A stretch of 64,000 nucleotides of DNA from Bacteroidales bacterium (GTDB lineage: Bacteria; Bacteroidota; Bacteroidia; Bacteroidales; UBA3663): contig JAZQQH010000132.1 of assembly GCA_045628985.1 (NCBI GenBank), forward strand, positions 8-64,007, read 5' to 3'. Below are positions 28,875-37,879 of this stretch, piece after piece. A model generated the notes under the pieces. That model had not been told where the DNA came from and searched no databases. It saw nothing but the letters and a program-made list of their open reading frames with translations. A program made the position numbers and the translations under genes. Positions within the stretch are counted from its first letter, which is position 1. Every line of letters starts with the position of its first letter.

Positions 28875-31800
28875 TTATACAAGTTGTTTCCGATTGATGA
28901 CATCTTTAAGGACTCCGAGAATAATAATCTCTCCTTCATTTTCAAGATTGATTATTATAGGATCATATCCATCCTTATTTAATGGACGTAGTTCAATCTT
29001 GGTGTTCAAATTAGTAAGAGGATCCTTTTCGCTATGATACTGCTTAATGGTGTATTGACAATTGTAATCATTGTCCTTGCGACTCTGTCGAGCAAGAACA
29101 ATCTGGCCTTCACGGCTACCAGCATTACCAGAACCACCATACACTTCAAACACACAAAGATCTCCAGGATGTATCTTCGGAAGCATTGATTCTCCCTTGG
29201 CGCGAACGACAAACATCTGATTGTTTGGTTTTCGAATGTGTCTAGACACATCAATCCATCCTTCCATCTCTACATCATTCTTGCCTAATGATTGCACGCC
29301 TTCATCGATCAAGGCGCCGCAGGCTATGGCAACATCGTAGAGAGGGAGGAAGCGAGAGAAACGGTCGGAGATGGGAACGTTGGAAGTGTCGAGAACAAAA
29401 GGAGTGTTTTCGGCTTCTTGAGCTTCGCTCTGAACATGGTTGTCTTGGTTAATCCCATCTTTCTGTCTATTGTCTTTGCATTCAATTAATTCTTTGTATA
29501 TTCTAATCTTATCAAGGTAGTACTTTTCCATTTGAGAAACACACGATGCTTTTATGGCATTAACATAGGCCTCAATAAAATCCAAAGCTATCTTGCCGTC
29601 AATAAAAGGGATATTGATCTTTGTTTCGTTGAATAATCTATCAAAATCTCTTACCAATCCACTCAAATACCTTCCACTTGATTTATTGAACCACGTTATG
29701 AACCATTGTGCGATTGTCTCGTTGAAACCCTCAAATTTAGGCGTAGCTGTTTTCGTAAATTGCCCAGCATAGAAATCTTGGCCCATGTAGAAGAATTGCA
29801 TTCTCATCATACCCACAGCAATGACATTTCCTTTGACTTTGTGAGCTTCATCATAGTAATGAACATACCCCATGATGCCATTATTAGCGACAGTACGAGT
29901 GAAGTATGGATAACAAGCCCCTTCTGAAAAATCCAAATCTCCCTTATCTAATTTCGAATTTGATTTTATGTCGAAAAATTCAGAAACCTTTTTATCCTTG
30001 AATGTGCCTCCTTTTTCGATGAACGATTCTATAACCTTTTGTACACGAGGATCTATCTCTGAGTTTTGCATTCTAATTTTATCGCTAACCAACCAATCAA
30101 GATAGTTCTTTACTGTGTCTGCAAAATCTGATGCATTAGGGTTCTTCTCAATTTCTTTATGTTTGTCGCATGTCCAGTCATTTCCTTTCAACGAAATATA
30201 ATCTTCACAGTAATGGTTATTGAAGTAGTGCAGATTGCAATCATTCTTACCTCTTCCATAAAGAACCAATTTTACAATCTCTTCGTAACGTTCAACTGCA
30301 TGGTCTTCATTTCGGAGATTATTCTTTTGACTTGCTTTCTTTCTATTATATCTACCATAGCCATCGTTTGAAAAGTCAATGAATTTTACAAGATTTTGTG
30401 TGTCATGTGGAATGCCGACAGAGAAAACATAAATGGCAGTTTGAACATTTGCCTTTCCTCGAAAAATGTCAGCCATATGAATAGATGCTTCAAGCGTATT
30501 ATGTTTTAGCACTTCTGATGCGTAAGGCAGTCCTTTCCCACTACCAGCTTTCTCGTGAATTAGTACTGCAGCTCTTCCTGATTTCATCATTGAAAGAGCT
30601 TTCTGAACAAAAATCATACCTTTTCCTGGAGCAGAATATGGTGGATTTAGAAGAAATACAGTAGCAGGGAATGGTTCGTCTTTAAGCTTTCCTTGCTCGT
30701 AGTTGCCTTTGAATTCGAGAGAATTGCCTTGTATGATGTTTGCACTACCATCCTTCATCAAAATCATGTTGAGAACTGCAAGCATATACACATCGGGCAA
30801 TTTTTCTATTCCCAATAACTGCTTTGTTTTGATATCAAGAATCTTCTTTTCTAACTCTTTAGGACTCTGACTGTTTTTCTTGGCATCTTCAATCATCAGA
30901 TGCATAGCCGAAATGAGGAATCCTGCAGAACCTACAGTAAAATCCCATACGTAACTATCTTTGTTGACTTTACACAGCTTTGCCATCAATTCCGTGACGT
31001 ATCGAGGAGTCAAGACGACATCATTTTTGTCGCCATCAGGAATATCAACCCATTCATTCATTACGTTGAAAAGGCGGCCTGTAAAATCAATATTATGTAG
31101 TTCGCCCGTTACAAAAGGTAAGATGTTTTGTTTAATGTCTGTGTATACGGTTTTCAGTCGACTTTCTCCATTGATTGGTATCTCAAGATGTGAATGAAGA
31201 AACACCTTGTTTAGTAATTCTGTTATCATATTGATCTTCTCCACCGGCAAATCTTTTGCCTTCAAATAAGAAGATATTTTACGCATAATAATATGACCGT
31301 CAGTATCATTATCACTTTGTTCACCTCTCAATTGATCAATTCGCAATGGTTCTACCTTATCTTTAACTCCAAGGCCTGCCATAATCAAACCGGCGACAAG
31401 CTGAACACGGTTTCCAACGACAATATCTTGCTCATCATGAAGTTTCTGGTTGAGAGTCTTTAGTTTACGCTCAATATCATCTTCTAACACAAGCGTTCTT
31501 CTTTCTTTCTCCTCCTTTGACAAAGAGATATCATCAATCCTTTTTACAAACTCTTCTACATTTTTCTGCAACAGGAATGAAAGGTCTGAATATTCTCCTA
31601 CTTTTTTAGGAAGGAAAAGATTGGATTTGGCAACATAATAAACTCCAATCTCTACCTTTAACTCATCATTGACCTTGTATCCATTGACTCCAATGGCTAC
31701 TACCTCCTTATAGGATTCTGTGTTTTTCAAGATGGCATCAGCATAGTGAACGGCACCATTGACAGCATACTTTGCTATGTTATTATAGTTTGATTCACCG

Positions 31801-32093
31801 TCTTTCTTCTTGTTGTCAACCTCGCCTTCTGTATTGAATTTAACAAAGTCACCCTTTGTCCCTTTAATCTCAATCATTACAGGGATTCGACGAAGGGTAC
31901 TTGTTTCAATAAAAGATTTTATATCGGGAAAGTTTGTACCAGAACCGCCTTTCTTGCTCGGTGCTTTACGTAAAGCTTCCTCAATCTCGGGATTGATGGA
32001 TTCTGTCTTGGTATAGTATTTCTGAGAGCCGAATTGGCGCTTGCACCAATCTTCTACTTGTTCTTCTATGCTGCGAGTTGTATTTTTTGCCAT
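28875..32093 (-). CDS. Single-chain type IIG/IIB-like restriction-modification enzyme (PD-(D/E)xK nuclease, N6-adenine MTase, TRD) fused to a C-terminal S24 (LexA/UmuD-like) peptidase domain
   Basis: FPD...VMIEIKG nuclease motif; LTPRYV, WDFTVGSAGFL (motif I), LNPPY (motif IV); HsdS-like TRD (YPYFTRTVANNGIMG); LPLYDVAIACG...AKGESMLPKI..GD...TIKQY...LRPLN S24 motifs; AT-rich. Confidence 0.85.
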   Translation of the reverse strand: MAKNTTRSIEEQVEDWCKRQFGSQKYYTKTESINPEIEEALRKAPSKKGGSGTNFPDIKSFIETSTLRRIPVMIEIKGTKGDFVKFNTEGEVDNKKKDGESNYNNIAKYAVNGAVHYADAILKNTESYKEVVAIGVNGYKVNDELKVEIGVYYVAKSNLFLPKKVGEYSDLSFLLQKNVEEFVKRIDDISLSKEEKERRTLVLEDDIERKLKTLNQKLHDEQDIVVGNRVQLVAGLIMAGLGVKDKVEPLRIDQLRGEQSDNDTDGHIIMRKISSYLKAKDLPVEKINMITELLNKVFLHSHLEIPINGESRLKTVYTDIKQNILPFVTGELHNIDFTGRLFNVMNEWVDIPDGDKNDVVLTPRYVTELMAKLCKVNKDSYVWDFTVGSAGFLISAMHLMIEDAKKNSQSPKELEKKILDIKTKQLLGIEKLPDVYMLAVLNMILMKDGSANIIQGNSLEFKGNYEQGKLKDEPFPATVFLLNPPYSAPGKGMIFVQKALSMMKSGRAAVLIHEKAGSGKGLPYASEVLKHNTLEASIHMADIFRGKANVQTAIYVFSVGIPHDTQNLVKFIDFSNDGYGRYNRKKASQKNNLRNEDHAVERYEEIVKLVLYGRGKNDCNLHYFNNHYCEDYISLKGNDWTCDKHKEIEKNPNASDFADTVKNYLDWLVSDKIRMQNSEIDPRVQKVIESFIEKGGTFKDKKVSEFFDIKSNSKLDKGDLDFSEGACYPYFTRTVANNGIMGYVHYYDEAHKVKGNVIAVGMMRMQFFYMGQDFYAGQFTKTATPKFEGFNETIAQWFITWFNKSSGRYLSGLVRDFDRLFNETKINIPFIDGKIALDFIEAYVNAIKASCVSQMEKYYLDKIRIYKELIECKDNRQKDGINQDNHVQSEAQEAENTPFVLDTSNVPISDRFSRFLPLYDVAIACGALIDEGVQSLGKNDVEMEGWIDVSRHIRKPNNQMFVVRAKGESMLPKIHPGDLCVFEVYGGSGNAGSREGQIVLARQSRKDNDYNCQYTIKQYHSEKDPLTNLNTKIELRPLNKDGYDPIIINLENEGEIIILGVLKDVINRKQLV

Positions 32094-32140
32094 TGGTAGA
32101 TCGGAGTATTAGCATTGATCTACCACTCACGTGAGCGCAC

Positions 32141-32365
32141 AAAAAGGGCATGAACCTTCTTATGCGTTCTCCGAGGCTGCCTAGGAAAAGAGACCTCATC
32201 CATCGTTAAGAAATGCCCACGCCCAAAAGCATGAACATTGACCTATTAAAACGATGGATAAGGCACACTTCACCCATGGAAGTTGCCTAACCACTATTTT
32301 TGTGTTCTTATCTCTGTAATTGGTTTCCTAGGCCATTCAGGAGAACGCAAATAATAGTCAATGCG
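32141..32365 (-). ncRNA. Putative structured leader RNA upstream of the RM gene
   Basis: Nested stems 32163-72/32340-49, 32179-88/32324-33 and 32194-207/32250-63, plus two flank-to-loop pairings; mismatches on + read as G-U pairs on the minus strand. Confidence 0.65.
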
Positions 32366-32472
32366 CGTTATATGTTAATATGTTACTATTTCTGTACTTT
32401 CTGTTTTTTAATTCGTTTTATCCTCTCCACACACCAATAGTGCGTGTCGGGATGGTGTTTCTTTTTCAAGAA

Positions 32473-32697
32473 TTAGCTTGCCGCATTGTCGCAGAACATC
32501 TCGTAAAGAGCTACGGCTCCAAGATGCCAGAACTTGGTTTCTTCACGTTGAAGTCCTTGATAGGTCTTAGAGGCATAGAAGCGTTGTAAAGCCTCTAACT
32601 GAGAACAATGTTCGTTGGCGGCAATGATACCAGCTACGTTTGCTATCTTTCCTGGCAGGAATAGATACAGATTCTGCTGAGTGACTTCTAAGTTCAT
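32473..32697 (-). CDS. DUF3791-like small helical protein
   Basis: EALQRFYASKTYQGLQREETKFWHLG motif; directly follows the DUF3990-like gene. Confidence 0.7.
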   Translation of the reverse strand: MNLEVTQQNLYLFLPGKIANVAGIIAANEHCSQLEALQRFYASKTYQGLQREETKFWHLGAVALYEMFCDNAAS

Positions 32698-32702
32698 CTT
32701 CT

Positions 32703-33185
32703 CTATCGCAATTTGATGGTTTCAACTTCCTTGAATGCCAGATGCTTTAATGCCGCATTTGTGTGGAACAACAGCTGATCTACAAGGTCATATACTTTCA
32801 ACTCTCTGAGAAGGTCTTCCTTATTGAACACTCCACTTTCGTAAAGTGCAAAGCAAGCATAAACTCTATCGTTGGCAACTGGTCCATACACGAAGTCATA
32901 GTTGTGTGTGAACCCAGTCTTGTTTCTATTGTTGTCTACAAAATCTATCCATTCATCAGTGGGCTCATCGAACCAAAGGGTGTTGAGGTTCTTGACCACA
33001 TCCAAGTCAACTTCATAGACGTTTACATACCCTTCTTCCGCATCTTTCTTGTGCCGCATTACCCAATCAACTGCTTGCTGATAATCGGTAGTGGTATAGA
33101 ATCCCTCACCATAATCGAGAGTGCGGTTGGGCTTGCGGATTTCTGGGTTGCGCACTATTTCCAAGCTTCCATGATAAACCTTCAT
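32703..33185 (-). CDS. DUF3990 family protein
   Basis: VYHGS...LDYGEGFYTTT, WIDFVDNNR, YDFVYGPVAND, QLLFHT. Confidence 0.88.
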   Translation of the reverse strand: MKVYHGSLEIVRNPEIRKPNRTLDYGEGFYTTTDYQQAVDWVMRHKKDAEEGYVNVYEVDLDVVKNLNTLWFDEPTDEWIDFVDNNRNKTGFTHNYDFVYGPVANDRVYACFALYESGVFNKEDLLRELKVYDLVDQLLFHTNAALKHLAFKEVETIKLR

Positions 33186-33397
33186 ATTGCCTTCCTCCTT
33201 TCGATAAAATCATCAATTTCTTCCATTAGCCACTGGCGACTTTGCGTGTGGAGTACATCAAAATTCTCTGCGAGGTATGATGACACACCTGTCGAAAAGA
33301 ATAGTGAAGCGACCTCGACTCCATCCATTCCTTTCGTATGCTTGTATTGTTCGATACAAAACGCCACAAAGTAGGAAATGTCATTATCTCTATTCAT
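33182..33397 (-). CDS. DUF3791 family protein
   Basis: FVAFCIEQYK...YLAENFDVLHTQSRQWLMEEI; ATGA overlap with the DUF3990-like gene. Confidence 0.85.
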   Translation of the reverse strand: MNRDNDISYFVAFCIEQYKHTKGMDGVEVASLFFSTGVSSYLAENFDVLHTQSRQWLMEEIDDFIERRKAI

Positions 33398-33430
33398 CGT
33401 ATTGCTGAGCTTTCAGTATTTCTGCGTTGG

Positions 33431-33438
33431 CAAAGATA
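33431..33438 (-). promoter_or_regulatory. sigmaA -7 element for the DUF3791-DUF3990-RM operon
   Basis: TATCTTTG on the minus strand, about 33 nt upstream of the ATG at 33397. Confidence 0.65.
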
Positions 33439-33636
33439 CACATTTTAAATTATTAAATAACTATATTCTTCCTTTTTTTTAGAACTTTGGTTCATTTTTG
33501 CTTTTATTTGCCATAAATAGGTGCAGTACAATTAATTTTTTTTATTCAAATCAATCGTTTTTTTATTCTGCCAACCACAGGGCGAAGAACTTGTTATATA
33601 CTTCGTAGATATCTTTATCATTGGTGATGATATTAA

Positions 33637-33676
33637 TAAAAGAACAAGCCCAGAGATATCACATCTCCAGGCTTGT
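33637..33676 (-). terminator. Terminator of the fructan PUL, at the end of a long 3' trailer
   Basis: Minus strand acaagcctggagat-gtgat-atctctgggcttgt-tctttt. Confidence 0.75.
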
Positions 33677-33821
33677 AAAAAACACCTAATTATTTATACT
33701 ACACTATTAATAACACAACGAACCTTAGAATAAACACGGAGAAAAGAATCTAAGAATCATATTTAAGTTCAAATTCCTTTAGTAATATGACTATTACTTA
33801 GTACAATGAATTTGATGAACA

Positions 33822-34697
33822 TCAAGCATTCAGAATCTCCTCAGGGAACTTTGGCATAGCACCATTCTGGGTGCATACGAAAGCTGAGGCCTGTACAGCG
33901 ATGTGGTGTGCATCCTGGATAGACTTGCCCTTGAGATACTGAGCAACGAAAGTTGCGGTGAATGAGTCGCCTGCGCCTACGGTATCAGCTACCTGTACCT
34001 TTGGTGTTGGCTGATAGCTGGTTACGGCAGGAGAGAACACGTAGCTACCTACAGCGCCATAGGTCAGGATGACCATCTTGAGCTTAGGATAGCGAGCCAG
34101 GAGCTGGCGGCACATTTCCTCCTCAGTACCGGTGAGGCCAAGAAGTTCGGCTACGACTACGATCTCCTCCTCATTGAGCTTGAGGATGGTAGCGCGACGG
34201 AGGCTGTCCTCGATAACCTCGAGGCTATAGAAATGCTGACGCAGGTTGATGTCATAGATACGCTCGGTATCCATATCCATAGCGTCGAGGAAGCGCATGA
34301 TGGTGTCACGGCTGCCAGCAGAGCGCTGAGCCAAAGAACCGAAGCATACGGCGCGGGTCTTCTTGGCCAAGTCCTCGAGTTCGTCGCTCCAAGGGATGTT
34401 GTCCCAAGCTACGTCCTCGCAGATCTCGTATGCAGGAATGCCATCGCCAGAGAGGGTAACCTTTACGGTACCGGTTGGCTGTGCCACGCGAGCAATACGG
34501 TTGTCGAGGTTCACGCCACGGACGATCTGCATGATCTCGTCACCCAATTCGTCATTGCCTACTGCTGAGATAACTACACTGTGCCAGCCGAACTGACCTA
34601 CATGATATGCGAAGTTTGCTGGAGCGCCACCGAACTTACGACCTTCTGGGAGGCAATCCCAAAGTGCCTCGCCCATGCCTACGATAATATCTTTCAT
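33822..34697 (-). CDS. PfkB-family carbohydrate kinase, probable fructokinase
   Basis: GEALWD, GGAPANFAYH, VCFGSLAQRS, DTVGAGDSF; fructan PUL context. Confidence 0.92.
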   Translation of the reverse strand: MKDIIVGMGEALWDCLPEGRKFGGAPANFAYHVGQFGWHSVVISAVGNDELGDEIMQIVRGVNLDNRIARVAQPTGTVKVTLSGDGIPAYEICEDVAWDNIPWSDELEDLAKKTRAVCFGSLAQRSAGSRDTIMRFLDAMDMDTERIYDINLRQHFYSLEVIEDSLRRATILKLNEEEIVVVAELLGLTGTEEEMCRQLLARYPKLKMVILTYGAVGSYVFSPAVTSYQPTPKVQVADTVGAGDSFTATFVAQYLKGKSIQDAHHIAVQASAFVCTQNGAMPKFPEEILNA

Positions 34698-34704
34698 AAT
34701 AATG

Positions 34705-34832
34705 GACCCTCCCCTGGCCCCTCCGCAAGGGAGGGGAATAGGTTGTAATGAGGGTAAATTTTAATGTTAATATATTTTCTTAAAAGATGAACTATATACT
34801 CCCCTCCCTTGTGGAGGGGTAGGGGGAGGGTC
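34705..34832. repeat. Inverted pair of GC-rich REP-like elements
   Basis: gaccctcccctggcccctccgcaagggaggggaata (34705-34740) and a reverse-complement variant (34797-34832); third relative at 41179-41222. Confidence 0.8.
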
Positions 34833-34834
34833 TT

Positions 34835-35992
34835 TTACTTCTTAACTTTAACAGTCAAGAAGCAGAGATAGATTGCACCGAGAGCCATGACAAGCACAGC
34901 GCCGAGGGTACCCATCGCATCGCTCATGAAGCCCATGGCGAGAGGGAAGAGAGTACCACCGAAGAGACCCATGATCATGAGGCCAGAGATCTCGTTCTGA
35001 TGCTTAGGATCGTGCAACAGCGCCTGGCTGAAGCAGATTGAGAAAACGTTTGAGTTGCCGTAACCTACGAGTGCAATACCGATGTAGAGAAGCACCTGAG
35101 AAGCACCTACTGAGAGGCAGATCATAGAAGCTACGATCATGGCAGCAGAGATACCGAGGAAAGCCTTGCTCGAGATCTTGGCCAGAATGCCAGAACCGGT
35201 GAAGCAACCGATGGTACGGAAGATGAAGTAGAGTGAGGTAGCAAATGCTGCCTCGTCCAAGCTCCAGCCGAGACGCTCGATGAGGATCTTTGGAGCGTAG
35301 GTGTTGGTACCAACGTCAATACCTACATGGCACATGATGCCGAGGAAGCAGAGGAGGATGTATGGCTTGCCGAGCAATGCAAAGCACTCACCGATGGTAG
35401 AAGCCTTGCCCTCGCTCTTTGGCTCCTCGATGGAGGTCATGCTCAGGGCAACGATAGCCAGAATGCCGATGATAGCATAGATTGGGAAGAGTACGCGCCA
35501 GTCAAGACCGAATGAAGGAATCACTGCAGTAGCACCCCACATAGCGATGTAAGGAGCCAGGAACGAAGCGATAGCCTTGACGAACTGGCCGAAGGTGAGG
35601 GTAGAAGCGAGGCTGTCACCACCCACGATAGAAGCTACGAGTGGATTGAGCGAGGTCTGCATCAGCGCGTTACCAATACCCAAGAGAGAAAAGGCGGTGA
35701 GCATCAGCGCGTAGTTGTTGCCAAAGAGAGGCAATGCCAAAGAAACTACGGTAACGAGGATAGAGAGGAGTACGGTCTTCTTACGGCCGATCTTGTTCAT
35801 CAGCATGCCGGTTGGCACAGAGAAGATCAGGAACCAGAAGAATACGAGCGATGGCATGATACCAGCCTCACCGTCGGTAAGACCGAGGTCCTTCTGAACA
35901 TAGTTTGACGCAATACCTACGAGGTCGACAAAGCCCATTGAGAAGAAGCAGAGCATCACGGGCAGGAGCACTGCTATACTAGTTTTTTTCAT
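34835..35992 (-). CDS. MFS sugar permease, probable fructose importer
   Basis: Multi-TM MFS; FFSMGFVDLVGIASNY, QTSLNPL; between GH32 and the kinase. Confidence 0.9.
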   Translation of the reverse strand: MKKTSIAVLLPVMLCFFSMGFVDLVGIASNYVQKDLGLTDGEAGIMPSLVFFWFLIFSVPTGMLMNKIGRKKTVLLSILVTVVSLALPLFGNNYALMLTAFSLLGIGNALMQTSLNPLVASIVGGDSLASTLTFGQFVKAIASFLAPYIAMWGATAVIPSFGLDWRVLFPIYAIIGILAIVALSMTSIEEPKSEGKASTIGECFALLGKPYILLCFLGIMCHVGIDVGTNTYAPKILIERLGWSLDEAAFATSLYFIFRTIGCFTGSGILAKISSKAFLGISAAMIVASMICLSVGASQVLLYIGIALVGYGNSNVFSICFSQALLHDPKHQNEISGLMIMGLFGGTLFPLAMGFMSDAMGTLGAVLVMALGAIYLCFLTVKVKK

Positions 35993-36025
35993 GAGAAAAA
36001 ATAATTACAGATTACTAATTACTGA

Positions 36026-37726
36026 TTACTTCTTCTTGTTAACAGTTAATGTTGTAAGAGGAGCCTGTGGGAACACCAGGTTGGTAAGACATACCTCACC
36101 ATTATTGCCGAATACCTCGACAGAAGCATTGTCGACGATGACACGGATAGAGGTCAATGGACGGTGTACAGGAGCGGTGGTTGAAGCAGGGAACTTAGCA
36201 GAGAAGCCCTGAATGCCACTCTTGGTGCGAGTCACGGTGAGGAGACGTGCTGTATCATCATAGATAATATCTACATGCTCACCATACTTGTTGCTGAGGG
36301 TCCAAGCGCCACTACCCTTTACCTTGATGGTCTGGTCAGCACCCTTGATGATATTGTTGAGAACGCCATTGTCATACTCTGGAGAAGGACGGCAGCCAAC
36401 GTAAGTCTGGCCATGAGCCTCGTAGAGGAAGAGGTCACGAGCGATAGAGTTAGAAGAACGGAACTGCTTGGTAGGAACAGCGTCAGCATACTCCCAGTTT
36501 GACATCCAGGCAATTACGGTCTTACGGCCATTAGGAGCACCAGAGAAAGAAACGGTTGCATAGTGGTCCTTGCCATAGTCCATCCACTTGCTCTCGAAAG
36601 CGTTGTCCTCGCAGACGAAGCGATGACCATCGAATGAACCTACGAAATACTGGGTAGCAGAGCCACCGAAAGGACCGCCAGGGTTGATGTTGCAGACAAG
36701 CACCCACTTGGTCTTACCGGTCTTCTTGCCCAGAGCGTCAAGAACGTCGAGCTCCATCAGGTCCGGACACTCCCAGACACCACCGTGGTTGCCATAACCA
36801 AGGCCGAAGCGTGACTCTTCCTTCCAGTCGATGAGGTTTGGAGAAGAGTAGATGCGCATCTCCTGACCAGCAGCGAGGATGAGGTTCCAGGCGTTGATCT
36901 TCTCATTCCAGAACATATTAGGATCACGGAAGTCAGGGATACCAGCTGCCAATACAGGGTTACCAGCATAGTTGGTGAAGGTCTTGCCGCCATCGGTGCT
37001 GTATGCAAGACTCTGACGCTGGCTGTCACCGGCAGAAGTATAGAGCGCAATGACTGCACCCTTGCCGAAGCCTGCGGTATTCTCCTTATCAACTACACAC
37101 GAGCCAGAGAAGATGGTACCCAAAGCATTAGGAGCAATAGCTACGCCTTCGTCCTTCCAGTTGATAAGATCCTTAGAAGAAGAGTGACGCCAGGTCATGT
37201 TGTTCCACTTCGAATCGTATGGACCCCACTGGTAGTAGAGATTCCAGGTCTGGGTGGTCTCATCATAGAACATACCGTTAGGGTCGTTCATCCAAGCGTA
37301 AGGAGGGGTGTGGTGGAAGCCAGGACGCCACAACTCAGTATTGTTAAGATCGAAAGTATTAGAAAGACAGATCTGGTCCTTCCAAAGAGGCTGCATGCCA
37401 CGGCCAACGTTAAAATCTGCTTCACGGATGTCAAGCAATACCTTGTGACCCTTGAATGCATCGAGCTCGAGTGGCATATAATAGTCAACGGCTTCCTGAG
37501 CCAGGCGCACGGTGAATGTCTGCTCAAGCTTGGTGTCGCACATCAGGCGCACATGGCTCTCAGGAGCTTTTTCTTCAATTGGGAAGAGGAGATACTTGTA
37601 GTCATCAGAAACGCGGATCATGGCATTTCGAGGACCTACATTTTCGACATTAGCATTTGCCTGCTGAGCCGATACTGCAGAGACGCTTGCCAAAGCTGCT
37701 AAAAGAAAGGTTGTAAGTTTTTTCAT
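36026..37726 (-). CDS. GH32 beta-fructofuranosidase with signal peptide and DUF4980-like N-domain
   Basis: WMNDPNG, FRDP, WECPD catalytic motifs; start MKKLTT. Confidence 0.93.
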   Translation of the reverse strand: MKKLTTFLLAALASVSAVSAQQANANVENVGPRNAMIRVSDDYKYLLFPIEEKAPESHVRLMCDTKLEQTFTVRLAQEAVDYYMPLELDAFKGHKVLLDIREADFNVGRGMQPLWKDQICLSNTFDLNNTELWRPGFHHTPPYAWMNDPNGMFYDETTQTWNLYYQWGPYDSKWNNMTWRHSSSKDLINWKDEGVAIAPNALGTIFSGSCVVDKENTAGFGKGAVIALYTSAGDSQRQSLAYSTDGGKTFTNYAGNPVLAAGIPDFRDPNMFWNEKINAWNLILAAGQEMRIYSSPNLIDWKEESRFGLGYGNHGGVWECPDLMELDVLDALGKKTGKTKWVLVCNINPGGPFGGSATQYFVGSFDGHRFVCEDNAFESKWMDYGKDHYATVSFSGAPNGRKTVIAWMSNWEYADAVPTKQFRSSNSIARDLFLYEAHGQTYVGCRPSPEYDNGVLNNIIKGADQTIKVKGSGAWTLSNKYGEHVDIIYDDTARLLTVTRTKSGIQGFSAKFPASTTAPVHRPLTSIRVIVDNASVEVFGNNGEVCLTNLVFPQAPLTTLTVNKKK

Positions 37727-37768
37727 TGTGTTTATAATAATTTTGATGTTTTTCGGTGTTTCACGGTG

Positions 37769-37776
37769 CAAAGATA
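37769..37776 (-). promoter_or_regulatory. Internal promoter -7 element for the GH32-MFS-kinase sub-operon
   Basis: TATCTTTG on the minus strand. Confidence 0.6.
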
Positions 37777-37879
37777 GACCATTTTTATATTAGTAGATAC
37801 AATAAATCGTTCACGAGGTGCAAAAAATGTGTCATAAAACGATTTATTGTATCTTATTCTACATTTTCGCTATCAAATA

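Noticed and set aside
25928..33438. Prophage or phage satellite
   Set aside because: There are no structural, terminase, integrase or primase genes and no att sites; only the VapE ATPase is phage-like.
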